Shown piece by piece: positions 39,491-48,134 of a stretch of 64,000 bases of DNA. The position numbers were made by a program, and so were the translations under genes. Below the pieces are notes generated by a model. It made no database searches, had not been told where the DNA came from, and saw only the letters and a program-made list of their open reading frames with translations. Source of the DNA: Elusimicrobium minutum (lineage in GTDB: Bacteria > Elusimicrobiota > Elusimicrobia > Elusimicrobiales > UBA9959); NCBI GenBank assembly GCA_020723765.1, contig DYIF01000001.1:7127-71126 (forward strand), written 5' to 3'. Numbering within the stretch: the first letter of the stretch is position 1; each line of letters begins with the position of its first letter.

Positions 39491-40288
39491 ATGAACCTTA
39501 AATATAAAAAATCAAGCTTCTCCACCGCTTTTTTCTTTTTGAAAAAAGAACAAAAAGAAGCTCTTTCGGCGGTATATGAATTTTCAAGGATGGCTGACGA
39601 CGCGGCGGATGAGGAAGGCGAAAGAGAAGAAAAAATAAAAAAAATAGAATACTTAAAAGAGAAAACAAAAGAGATATACGCCGGGAAAAACCAGAATGAA
39701 GAGATATTTTCAACTTTATCCGAAATTGTTAAAAAATACGATATACCTGAATATGTTTTTTCAAAACTTTTATCGGCTATGGAAAAAGACATAAACGGAG
39801 TGAATATAAAAGACAGGGCGGAGCTTGAAGATTATATGTTTTCGGTTGCCGGAGTTATAGGGATAGCGGTATTAAAAATATCCGAATATAAAGGGAGAGA
39901 CCTTGAAGAAATCTCCGTAAATACCGGAAATGCCGTCCAGATGACAAATATTTTAAGAGATATAAAAGAAGATTTGAATTTAAACAGAATATATATACCC
40001 TTAAACGAACGGATGGAATTTTTAAAAACGGATCGGATAGATTTTAATTCTCCCGGTTTTGAAGATTTATTTAGATACGAGAAAAATACGGCCATCGATT
40101 ATTATATGAAAGCGGACGAGTTTTTCAAAAAAACCAAATCTCCAAAATTATTCGTAGCCTCGGTTATGAAAAATACCTACAAAGAATTGTTAAACGGAAT
40201 CGATTTTGATAATGTTCAAAAAAATCATAAAATATCTAATTATAAAAAGATTAAAGCCGTTTTAAAAAGTTTAATGGAAGTTTTTTAG
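39491..40288 (+). CDS. Squalene/phytoene synthase family protein
   Basis: [33 protein letters not shown] (first DxxxD-type Asp-rich motif) and [10 protein letters not shown] (second motif region). Confidence 0.7.
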   Translation: MNLKYKKSSFSTAFFFLKKEQKEALSAVYEFSRMADDAADEEGEREEKIKKIEYLKEKTKEIYAGKNQNEEIFSTLSEIVKKYDIPEYVFSKLLSAMEKDINGVNIKDRAELEDYMFSVAGVIGIAVLKISEYKGRDLEEISVNTGNAVQMTNILRDIKEDLNLNRIYIPLNERMEFLKTDRIDFNSPGFEDLFRYEKNTAIDYYMKADEFFKKTKSPKLFVASVMKNTYKELLNGIDFDNVQKNHKISNYKKIKAVLKSLMEVF

Positions 40289-40296
40289 GAGGAAAA

Positions 40297-40860
40297 ATGT
40301 TGAAATCCGACAAATGGATAAGAGAGATGTGTTTAAAGAATAAAATGATAACCCCTTTCGTCGAAGATTTGATAACAAAAGGCAAAATTTCTTACGGACT
40401 TTCTTCTTACGGCTACGACATAAGAGTAGCGGACGAATACAAGATATTTACGGATGTTTATAACACAGTGGTAGATCCGAAAGAATTTTCGCCAAAGGCT
40501 TTTGTCGACGTCAAAGCCCCGTATTGCATAGTTCCGCCTAACTCCTTCGCTCTTGCCAGGTCCATAGAGTACTTTAAGATACCGAGAGGCGTAATAGGGC
40601 TTTGCATAGGGAAAAGCACATACGCAAGATGCGGGATAGTCGTAAACATAACTCCCCTGGAACCGGAGTGGGAAGGGCATCTCACAATAGAAATTTCAAA
40701 CACCACCCCGATACCCGCAAAAATTTATTCGAACGAAGGAATAGCTCAATTGATATTTTTAGGCTCGGACCAAATATGCGAAACCTCTTATAAAGACAGA
40801 AAAGGGAAATATCAGTCTCAAAGGGGCGTAACGCTTCCCAAGGTAATAAAAGGCAAATAA
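40297..40860 (+). CDS. dcd: dCTP deaminase
   Basis: YGYDIRV, the [10 protein letters not shown] equivalent of GRSSxxRxG, and [14 protein letters not shown]. Confidence 0.9.
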   Translation: MLKSDKWIREMCLKNKMITPFVEDLITKGKISYGLSSYGYDIRVADEYKIFTDVYNTVVDPKEFSPKAFVDVKAPYCIVPPNSFALARSIEYFKIPRGVIGLCIGKSTYARCGIVVNITPLEPEWEGHLTIEISNTTPIPAKIYSNEGIAQLIFLGSDQICETSYKDRKGKYQSQRGVTLPKVIKGK

Positions 40861-40881
40861 AAACTAAAAAGGGGAAAAAAG

Positions 40882-42750
40882 GTGGAAATAAAACTCCGTA
40901 TCTTGTTTGTCTTATCTTTTTCTTTATGCTTTTTAAATTTCGATTTAACCGGCTCTTGCGTTAAAACGGATCTGCCGGACGAGTCGAACGTCTCCTGCAT
41001 AAACCTTTTAACCGACATAAAAGACCTAAAAAACGAAACCATAACGATATGTTCGGATATGGCAAAATCCGAAAAATGGGTCGGTTATCTATGTCTTTGC
41101 AGAATAAATACGCTCAAAAAAAATTTCGGCACCGCTCAGGCGGCATGCTTTAAAGCCAAAGAGAAAAATCCTTTTTCCCCTCATGTATACACCGAGATAG
41201 CAAATCTCTACATTTCAATGGGCAAAAACGACGAAGCGTTAACCGAGTCGGAGTTCGCTTTAAACCTTTCTACCGGAGATTTTAACGCAAACTTCATTTC
41301 GGCGAAACTTTTGGAAACCAAAAAACCGGAGGTCGCGCTAAAACTTTACAAAAGAGCGCTTGAAACGGCCGAAAAATCCAACTCAATCTACGTTTTCGGC
41401 AAAAAATCTTTAATAGAAGAAAGAATAAAAAATTTGGAAAAAGAAATTAAATCTTTAGAAAAAAAGAAAAAAGAGACCGAGTATTCAAACTGCGTTTCGC
41501 GGTATAAAGCCGAAAAAGACAAAGAAAAAGCTCTTCAAACTCTCGAAAGGTGCTTAAAGCTAAATAAAACAAACGACCCCGTTTTAAACTTTGAATACAT
41601 AGAGCTTTTATACTCAAATTCCAGGTACGGCGAAACGATAAAAAATAAATCTTTGATAATAGAAAACAATCTTAAAGAAGGCCAAAAAGAAAGATTTTAT
41701 TTCATTCTTGCCGATTCCTACGAAAAAACGGGAGATATAAAAAAAGCTCTAACCTATTATTCCAAAATATACCAAACTACTAACGACCCCAAAATACTAA
41801 AAAAATACGCCGAGGCTTTGGAAAAAGATAACAACAAAATAATAGCCGTAGAAGTTTATTCCAAATTATATTCCATAGCGCCGAACAAAAATTTATATGA
41901 AAAGATAGAAACTCTTAAATTGGAATCGATGTCGAGCGAAGAAATACTTTCCGACATGAAATCGAGAGGTTTCATAGAAAAAGAAAAAGTGGTTTTATCC
42001 CCCGAGGACAAAAAACTTTATTATTCCGTAAGGCTTTCCGAAAGAAAAGGGGCGGTAGAGTGGGTCAACTCGTCTTATCCGGGATATGCCAATATAACGC
42101 TAAAAAACTCAAAAGGCGAGTATGTTCTTATGCGAGACGGCTATAATTTGTATTTGAAATATGTTTCCCAACAAGCGATAAAACATCTTCAGAAAAACAA
42201 GGTAATACCCAATTTTCTTTTTAAACTTAGAGACGAAAACGGCGATATGATATTCGATCAAAAAGGAAGGCTTACATACGAAGGTCTTAAAGCTTATTAT
42301 AAGGCGGTAGAAACCAATCAAAAAACATGGTACTATTCCACCGAGGTCCCCAAAAAAGACCTGGAATTAAAAACATCTTACGAAAACAAAGAAAAAAAAG
42401 AAAAAGCTTTACAGGAAGAAAAAAAACTCGCCAAAGCCGGGTATGAAGAAATAGCCGAAACGGAGTATCTGTGGCTTATGAAGGTTACAACCTGTCCCGA
42501 AGAGGTACTATTAAATCCACCCTGCAATTTGAAGAAATTGGATTACGGAGACAGCGTAAAGTATTTCATATGCTCCAAAAATGAAATTTCCTGCGGCTCT
42601 ACCCCTATGACGCTTTTCTCATACATCGTATCATACAGAGCCGGAAATACCGACGTCATAGACACCAAACAATCGACCGCTTTTTTTGGAACCGGAGCGG
42701 TAAAAAAACACAGATTTTGCGAAGACGGCAAAATCTGGACCGGGAAATAA
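40882..42750 (+). CDS. TPR-containing lipoprotein, unknown function
   Basis: GTG start and lipobox-like LTGSC. The N-terminal third has TPR-like helices and the C-terminal part is Cys-containing. This is the last gene with core-like composition before the island. Confidence 0.55.
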   Translation: MEIKLRILFVLSFSLCFLNFDLTGSCVKTDLPDESNVSCINLLTDIKDLKNETITICSDMAKSEKWVGYLCLCRINTLKKNFGTAQAACFKAKEKNPFSPHVYTEIANLYISMGKNDEALTESEFALNLSTGDFNANFISAKLLETKKPEVALKLYKRALETAEKSNSIYVFGKKSLIEERIKNLEKEIKSLEKKKKETEYSNCVSRYKAEKDKEKALQTLERCLKLNKTNDPVLNFEYIELLYSNSRYGETIKNKSLIIENNLKEGQKERFYFILADSYEKTGDIKKALTYYSKIYQTTNDPKILKKYAEALEKDNNKIIAVEVYSKLYSIAPNKNLYEKIETLKLESMSSEEILSDMKSRGFIEKEKVVLSPEDKKLYYSVRLSERKGAVEWVNSSYPGYANITLKNSKGEYVLMRDGYNLYLKYVSQQAIKHLQKNKVIPNFLFKLRDENGDMIFDQKGRLTYEGLKAYYKAVETNQKTWYYSTEVPKKDLELKTSYENKEKKEKALQEEKKLAKAGYEEIAETEYLWLMKVTTCPEEVLLNPPCNLKKLDYGDSVKYFICSKNEISCGSTPMTLFSYIVSYRAGNTDVIDTKQSTAFFGTGAVKKHRFCEDGKIWTGK

Positions 42751-42772
42751 AACTAACGAATAGGAAGTGGTT

Positions 42773-43213
42773 ATGAAGATTAACTTATCAAAAAATCAAT
42801 ACATGAATCTTATAAAACTAATTAATATAGGAAACTGGGTAATAAATTCAATAAGGAATAAAGACGAAATAATTAAAGATTTTGAAGAATTAGAACAACA
42901 CATATACTCATATCATACATCCGCTGATTACAATGGAATAGAATACGATGAAAATCTTAAATCTTTTTTCCCATCAGAAGAACTTCTTTCAGAATTAGAA
43001 GTATATATTCAGGATTACGATAATGAAATTTTCTGGAATGAATTAATATCAAGGATGGTAGAAAAAGAACTATTAGAAAATTATACAGAGGAAGAGTTAG
43101 AAAAAATGAACGATAAAGAGTTTTATGATAAAAAATTTAAGCTTATGGACAAATATGAAGACGAGTTTGAAAAATATGGAATTAAAAGATTAAAAATAGA
43201 TAACAAAGAATAA
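42773..43213 (+). CDS. Small strongly acidic protein, unknown function
   Basis: 146 aa from the ATG at 42773 (AGGAAG SD; the track starts at the GTG at 42767). About 40 D/E residues by eye and no signal peptide. Confidence 0.5.
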   Translation: MKINLSKNQYMNLIKLINIGNWVINSIRNKDEIIKDFEELEQHIYSYHTSADYNGIEYDENLKSFFPSEELLSELEVYIQDYDNEIFWNELISRMVEKELLENYTEEELEKMNDKEFYDKKFKLMDKYEDEFEKYGIKRLKIDNKE

Positions 43214-43254
43214 CCAATCTGTTCACTATCTGCATGCCCACCTACAGCGAATAA

Positions 43255-43284
43255 TTGACATAAATCTTTTTTTTTTTTTACAAT
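43255..43284 (+). promoter_or_regulatory. Near-consensus promoter with a T13 homopolymer in the spacer
   Basis: TTGACA (43255-43260), 18-nt spacer containing T13 (43267-43279), then TACAAT (43279-43284). GGGAGG SD at 43298-43303 and ATG at 43310. Confidence 0.5.
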
Positions 43285-43331
43285 TTAATAAGATATAGGG
43301 AGGTAGTATATGAAAATATTCATATTGATAT

Positions 43332-44438
43332 ATGGTGTTCTTTTATAATATGGTTTTTTCTCAAAACAATGATTTTGACTTTGATGGAAAATCTTTTAAA
43401 AAGCAAATAGTTTTTGATGATATAAATTTTATAAAAACAGAAAAACAACTGGAATTACCAAAATATTGGAAGCCAGAGAAAAAATGGGAAGTTAGAACAA
43501 GTACAATAACAGAATGGACAGAAATCTTACCTACTAAAGTAACCGGTCCGACATTATACTATGAAATTGAATATGATCAAGTTAAGGAAATTAGATGCAT
43601 AGTAACTGTCAACTGGTATGATTCACCTTGCCCTGATTGTTTCTGGGAAATAACTATGGGATATACAGATGAACCGGAATTAGCAGGTCATAATCATAAG
43701 GACCCTCTTCCACCAGCAATTAAATCTTTATCCAATGATGATATAACAAAACCTATAGAAAGCGGTAGATTAAAATCTGGTCAAAAATTTACATTTGGAT
43801 TTAAACGCCCAATTTATAGCACAAGAATTAAATGGAATGGTTTCTGGCTTATTCTTGGAGGGAGACAATATTTTACTACAGATGTAATTGATATAAAAGT
43901 AAAAAATTTAGTTGAGCTATCAACCGGCACAGGATATTCTTTAGTTGGTCAAACCAATACTCATCCTTCAAATCATTGGGTAATTTCTGAGTTTAAAACT
44001 GACCTTGAAAATATAGGCAAATTATGGAAACAGGGATGTCCCAAGTCAGATGTTCTTTATTATAATGATGCGAGTCTTAAATGGGGAGGATTATTTGACA
44101 TAAAAGGTAACTGGACATCGCCTCATGATGGTCACGATGTTGGGGTTCATATTGATATATCAAAAAAACGGATAAGAAAAGGTAACAGGGAAAAGGCATT
44201 AAAAACAATATGTGAAAAAGCGATAGTTTATTCTGAGGGTGATGATCCTAAAAAAGATGAGGTTCCACATTACCATGTAATTTACAGAAATAGTCCCAAT
44301 GAAGTAATAAAAAAATTAGAAAATGATTATAGGTACATACCCTGCTGTTTTCCAAATATACCTCAAAAATGTATTGATTTAGAGTCAGGGGGACAGCCCA
44401 TAGAAGAGGTCGTGCCTACAGAAAGTGATTGTTTATGA
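43332..44438 (+). CDS. Secreted protein with LAS/M15-like Zn-peptidase motifs; the 5' end is apparently frameshifted from its signal-peptide start at 43310
   Basis: The SD-preceded ATG at 43310 opens a 12-codon frame (MKIFILIYGVLL*) that stops at 43346-43348. The long frame has a TGA at 43326-43328 and restarts at the ATG at 43332 with no SD. Loss of one T in the T4 run 43341-43344 would fuse them into MKIFILIYGVLYNMVFS|QNN.... Motifs: GHDVGVHIDI (HxxGxxxD) and DEVPHYHV (ExxH / HxH). Confidence 0.55.
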   Translation: MVFFYNMVFSQNNDFDFDGKSFKKQIVFDDINFIKTEKQLELPKYWKPEKKWEVRTSTITEWTEILPTKVTGPTLYYEIEYDQVKEIRCIVTVNWYDSPCPDCFWEITMGYTDEPELAGHNHKDPLPPAIKSLSNDDITKPIESGRLKSGQKFTFGFKRPIYSTRIKWNGFWLILGGRQYFTTDVIDIKVKNLVELSTGTGYSLVGQTNTHPSNHWVISEFKTDLENIGKLWKQGCPKSDVLYYNDASLKWGGLFDIKGNWTSPHDGHDVGVHIDISKKRIRKGNREKALKTICEKAIVYSEGDDPKKDEVPHYHVIYRNSPNEVIKKLENDYRYIPCCFPNIPQKCIDLESGGQPIEEVVPTESDCL

Positions 44439-45352
44439 AATTGAAAATAGTTTTATTACTAATTATATTTAACTTTCATTTAAACCTCAACATTTATTGT
44501 GAAGAAAATACATCATTTAATCTTTCATTTGAAAATAATAGGACATTTTTCCCTTCAAAAAGCTCAACCTGGATGAAGGTTAATTTATCACCTGAAGAAA
44601 AAGAGAGGAGATTTAGATATGAAATTACTCTCAGGGACTCATGGGGAAACATATTATATCAACCACAAATACCGATTACATTTTTAAAAAAAGGAGGAAC
44701 CACTTATATACTTTATGAAATCAATTTATCCACTGAGATAAAAAAATTACTTTATGAATATGACCCTGATTTTCAAATTCTTAACTACGATGATTATTCG
44801 GAAAAACTTGTTTCACTTTTTCCAACAACTCCTTATAATACCCCATCAGTTGTAATTGGTGATTTCAACGGGGATAATAGAGAAGATATTTTAATGGTAG
44901 GCAAAAAATTCATAAACAATAAACATATAGAAAAAGAAATTATAATTATTTCAACAAATTCTGCGACTAATTACACTATTTTAAAACTAAGAGAAGGAGA
45001 ATATTTCCCACAAAAAAGAGACGACATAAATCCAATAACCTATTCCCATGTTAGAATGGGGAAGAAAAAAATTGCGTATCTTTTTCAGCCGAGAGGAAGC
45101 AAGTACATATGTGGTGGGGATTATGGCAAAGATTTTAAAACTCTTACAAGAGACGGATATGCTATGGTTGAAATAAATGAAGACAAATTATATCTTAATG
45201 TTATATATCAATGGGATGATACTACAAAAAAATTTGAATTCTATTGCGTTGATATGTGGGGTTATTATTATATTCCTGCCTATGTATCTTTAAGAGAAAA
45301 TTATTACGAATATTACCAGGAAAACTCTAATAAACCCAATAATAAACAATAG
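44435..45352 (+). CDS. Exported protein with an FG-GAP-like motif, unknown function
   Basis: The ATG at 44435 overlaps the upstream TGA (ATGA); the track uses the TTG at 44429. Signal peptide MKLKIVLLLIIFNFHLNLNIYC. The GDFNGDNREDIL motif resembles an FG-GAP/VCBS Ca-binding loop. Confidence 0.55.
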   Translation: MKLKIVLLLIIFNFHLNLNIYCEENTSFNLSFENNRTFFPSKSSTWMKVNLSPEEKERRFRYEITLRDSWGNILYQPQIPITFLKKGGTTYILYEINLSTEIKKLLYEYDPDFQILNYDDYSEKLVSLFPTTPYNTPSVVIGDFNGDNREDILMVGKKFINNKHIEKEIIIISTNSATNYTILKLREGEYFPQKRDDINPITYSHVRMGKKKIAYLFQPRGSKYICGGDYGKDFKTLTRDGYAMVEINEDKLYLNVIYQWDDTTKKFEFYCVDMWGYYYIPAYVSLRENYYEYYQENSNKPNNKQ

Positions 45353-45525
45353 AAACTACTACCGCTCAAAAACATAAAAAATGATTATATTTTATACACT
45401 TTTTATGTGGATATCACTGTTATATGGCAACACATAACTAACGGTGAAAAAGTTCTAATCCAGCCACATATCTCACGCAAACTAAATACTAAAGATATTG
45501 ACTTAATTTATTGGTAGGCAAATTC

Positions 45526-45563
45526 CGTCCACCTACCCCTAAACCCAATGGGATTTGAACTCA
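45526..45563 (+). repeat. 38-bp perfect direct repeat, left copy (upstream of fic)
   Basis: cgtccacctacccctaaacccaatgggatttgaactca, identical to 46849-46886. Confidence 0.95.
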
Positions 45564-45574
45564 TTTAATTTGAA

Positions 45575-45600
45575 TGCAAACATAAAATGTTATATTTGCA
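45575..45600. promoter_or_regulatory. Inverted repeat TGCAAA-N14-TTTGCA upstream of fic (candidate operator)
   Basis: Read directly. A second, related palindrome lies 40 bp downstream. Confidence 0.35.
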
Positions 45601-45614
45601 GTTTTATGTTTATA

Positions 45615-45640
45615 TGCAAATATATAAAGTTGTATTTGCA
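45615..45640. promoter_or_regulatory. Inverted repeat TGCAAATA-N10-TATTTGCA upstream of fic (candidate operator)
   Basis: Read directly. It has the same half-site and the same 26-bp span as 45575-45600. Confidence 0.35.
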
Positions 45641-45670
45641 GTTTCATTAAAAATATGTTAATATAAAAGT

Positions 45671-46801
45671 ATGATAAAACTAAGTCAATTTAAAGCAGGA
45701 ACATATATACAGAGATATCAGTATAAAAGCTTTGAACCATCTTTCATAAATGACCAATGGTTAATAGACAATGAAGATATTATAATTCTTTTAAGCAGCT
45801 CTGATAAAAAATTAGGAGAGTTAAATGCATATTCTCAATTAATACCTGATGTTGATTTTTTTATTAAGATGCATATTGCAAAAGAAAGCACATTAAGTAG
45901 CCGCATAGAAGGCACACAAACTAATATTGAGGAAGCAATACAGTCAAAAAAATTTATTTCTCCAGAAAAAAGGGATGATTGGCAGGAGGTTCAAAATTAT
46001 ATAGAGGCAATGAATTATGCAATAAAAAGGCTAAATGAATTGCCATTAAGCAATAGACTTCTAAAAGAAACGCATAAGATATTACTCACAGGTGTTAGAG
46101 GCGAACATAAACAACCAGGGGAATTTAGAAAAAGTCAAAACTGGATAGGAGGAGCAACCTTAAATGATGCAGTTTTCATTCCGCCACATCATGAAAATTT
46201 AGATGAATTAATGTCTGACTTTGAAAAATTTCTTCATAATGAAAATACGAAATTACCACATTTAGTAAAAATAGCAATAGCGCATTATCAATTTGAAACA
46301 ATCCATCCTTTTTTAGATGGAAATGGTAGAATAGGAAGACTTCTTATAACACTATATCTTGTAAGCAATAATCTTTTAACAAAACCTACGCTTTATTTAT
46401 CCGACTTTTTTGAAAAAAATAAAAACTTATATTATGACAATTTAAACAATGTTAGACTGAACAATAATTTAACACAATGGATCAAATTTTTCCTTGAAGG
46501 TGTTAGAATAACATCAGAAAACAGCATAAATACATTTAGGAAGATAATTAAATTAAAATCAGAGATAGAAAATGAGTTAATAAAATTAGGAAGGAAACAA
46601 AGAATTGCAAAACAGCTTATAAATTATCTTTATGGCAAGCCTATAATAAACATAGAAGAAGCAGCCGATGTATTAAATGTAAACTTTTCTACAGCATCAA
46701 GACTAATAAGAGATATGACTAAAAACGGGATACTGATTGAAAAAACCGGCTTTGCAAGAAATAGGATTTTTGTTTTTGATAAGTATTTAAGGTTATTTTA
46801 A
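45671..46801 (+). CDS. Fic family protein (Fic_N inhibitory motif plus Fic core plus C-terminal winged-helix-like region)
   Basis: Canonical Fic motif HPFLDGNGRIGRLL. The N-terminal SSRIEG matches the (S/T)xxxE(G/N) auto-inhibition motif. Confidence 0.9.
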   Translation: MIKLSQFKAGTYIQRYQYKSFEPSFINDQWLIDNEDIIILLSSSDKKLGELNAYSQLIPDVDFFIKMHIAKESTLSSRIEGTQTNIEEAIQSKKFISPEKRDDWQEVQNYIEAMNYAIKRLNELPLSNRLLKETHKILLTGVRGEHKQPGEFRKSQNWIGGATLNDAVFIPPHHENLDELMSDFEKFLHNENTKLPHLVKIAIAHYQFETIHPFLDGNGRIGRLLITLYLVSNNLLTKPTLYLSDFFEKNKNLYYDNLNNVRLNNNLTQWIKFFLEGVRITSENSINTFRKIIKLKSEIENELIKLGRKQRIAKQLINYLYGKPIINIEEAADVLNVNFSTASRLIRDMTKNGILIEKTGFARNRIFVFDKYLRLF

Positions 46802-46848
46802 CTGAATAAATAAACTTTTAAAAATAAGAAAATCTTTAAAATCAATCA

Positions 46849-46886
46849 CGTCCACCTACCCCTAAACCCAATGGGATTTGAACTCA
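46849..46886 (+). repeat. 38-bp perfect direct repeat, right copy (downstream of fic)
   Basis: Identical to 45526-45563. Confidence 0.95.
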
Positions 46887-47036
46887 AAAAACAAAAATAG
46901 GAAGCAATATTTCCTGAAACTAAAAGGAGAAGCAGTTACTAATGTAAAAGTAAAGATGTGGCAACTAATATTTATTTCTTTATAGCTTTAGCGAAAAAGA
47001 ATCAGCGCAAGAATGTATTGGTTGAAGAAAAGAAAA

Positions 47037-48125
47037 CTATAATTTTTTCTCCACAAATTTTATACCATATCTATAGCAAAAATTTTTAAGCTCCTTTGGG
47101 ATATTCCAAGCTACTAAAAATGATTCCACATTTTTTGAGTCTATGTTTTCTTTTATTTCCATGCACTTTAAAACTTTATACTTCAGCGCTTGATATATTC
47201 CAGGATTAGGATCTATAGTTTCAATTTCAACAACAATATATTTATTTGATTTCATTTCAAAAAGCAAATCCGCCGTATCACCAGAAGGGAAAGTATATTC
47301 CATTTGTTTATTCTTTATTGTTTTAGGATCAATACCTATTTCTTTGGGATTGTTAAAAATCCACTCTTTTAATTTTTTATGGTCTTTACCTTCTCCACCT
47401 ATTCCATATTTTCTTGTCAAATATATATGCTTTATACTATCTTTACCATCTCTCATCCTATAGCCAGATGGTTTCGTTATTTTAATGTTTCCAATTATAT
47501 TATCAATAACTTTCTTAATTTCTTCATCCTGTGTGATTTTTCTAATATCATATAAAACTTGATTAACTTGTTCATCACTTAAATATCTCACGAGGCCAGT
47601 ACCCCATTTGGCTCCACCTTTTTTATTTTTATAATAGTTCCAGAAATACAGACCTTTAGCCTCATCTAAAGGAAGTCTTACCCTTACTTTAGGATTTGCA
47701 TATATAGTTGTTGGATATTCTTCATCATCATTTTCAACTGCGCTAATCTTAAAAAAACCTATAATTTTACGGTCTATTTCTTCATCATCAGGGAATCTTG
47801 TTGTGAGTATTGCATATTTATTTTTAACGTTTTTTGATAAATGAATATTTACACCTTTCCTTTTGCCTGTATGATAAGAACCGGCCCCATACTCCCATTC
47901 AACAAATAAAGCACTTTCATAACAAGGATACTCAGGTGGTTTTCCCTTAAAGCCCTTATCATAATATTTTCTACAACCACAATCTTCATTGCTACACCAT
48001 ACTCTTTTATTATCTATATTCCACTTAATAATATCTTCACTGCATGTCCCACTAAAGCCAACCAATTCATCCTCACCACCGTTATTATACGTACATTTTA
48101 TAGCAATATTCGCTGTTTCATCCAT
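47037..48125 (-). CDS. Two-domain protein: unassigned Cys-rich N-terminal region plus NucS/RecB-like PD-(D/E)xK-type C-terminal domain
   Basis: C-terminus: HKKLKEWIFNNPKEIGI...GDTADLLFE...YIVVEIET...YQALKY (D...ExE in place of ExK...QxxxY). N-terminus: CSNEDCGCRKYY and YPCYES Cys cluster. The GGGAGG SD overlaps the upstream stop, and the gap to the upstream gene is 9 bp. Confidence 0.55.
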   Translation of the reverse strand: MDETANIAIKCTYNNGGEDELVGFSGTCSEDIIKWNIDNKRVWCSNEDCGCRKYYDKGFKGKPPEYPCYESALFVEWEYGAGSYHTGKRKGVNIHLSKNVKNKYAILTTRFPDDEEIDRKIIGFFKISAVENDDEEYPTTIYANPKVRVRLPLDEAKGLYFWNYYKNKKGGAKWGTGLVRYLSDEQVNQVLYDIRKITQDEEIKKVIDNIIGNIKITKPSGYRMRDGKDSIKHIYLTRKYGIGGEGKDHKKLKEWIFNNPKEIGIDPKTIKNKQMEYTFPSGDTADLLFEMKSNKYIVVEIETIDPNPGIYQALKYKVLKCMEIKENIDSKNVESFLVAWNIPKELKNFCYRYGIKFVEKKL

Positions 48126-48134
48126 TATACCTCC

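Noticed and set aside
45526-45563. The 38-bp repeat read on the minus strand (…gagttcaaatcccattgggttta…) looks like a tRNA T-loop plus 3' acceptor end, which would suggest a tRNA-derived att site.
   Set aside because: The T-stem pairs only 4 of 5 positions in one copy and 3 of 5 in the other. No D-arm or anticodon arm follows either copy, and the putative acceptor strand has no 5' partner. No tRNA gene is present at either site.
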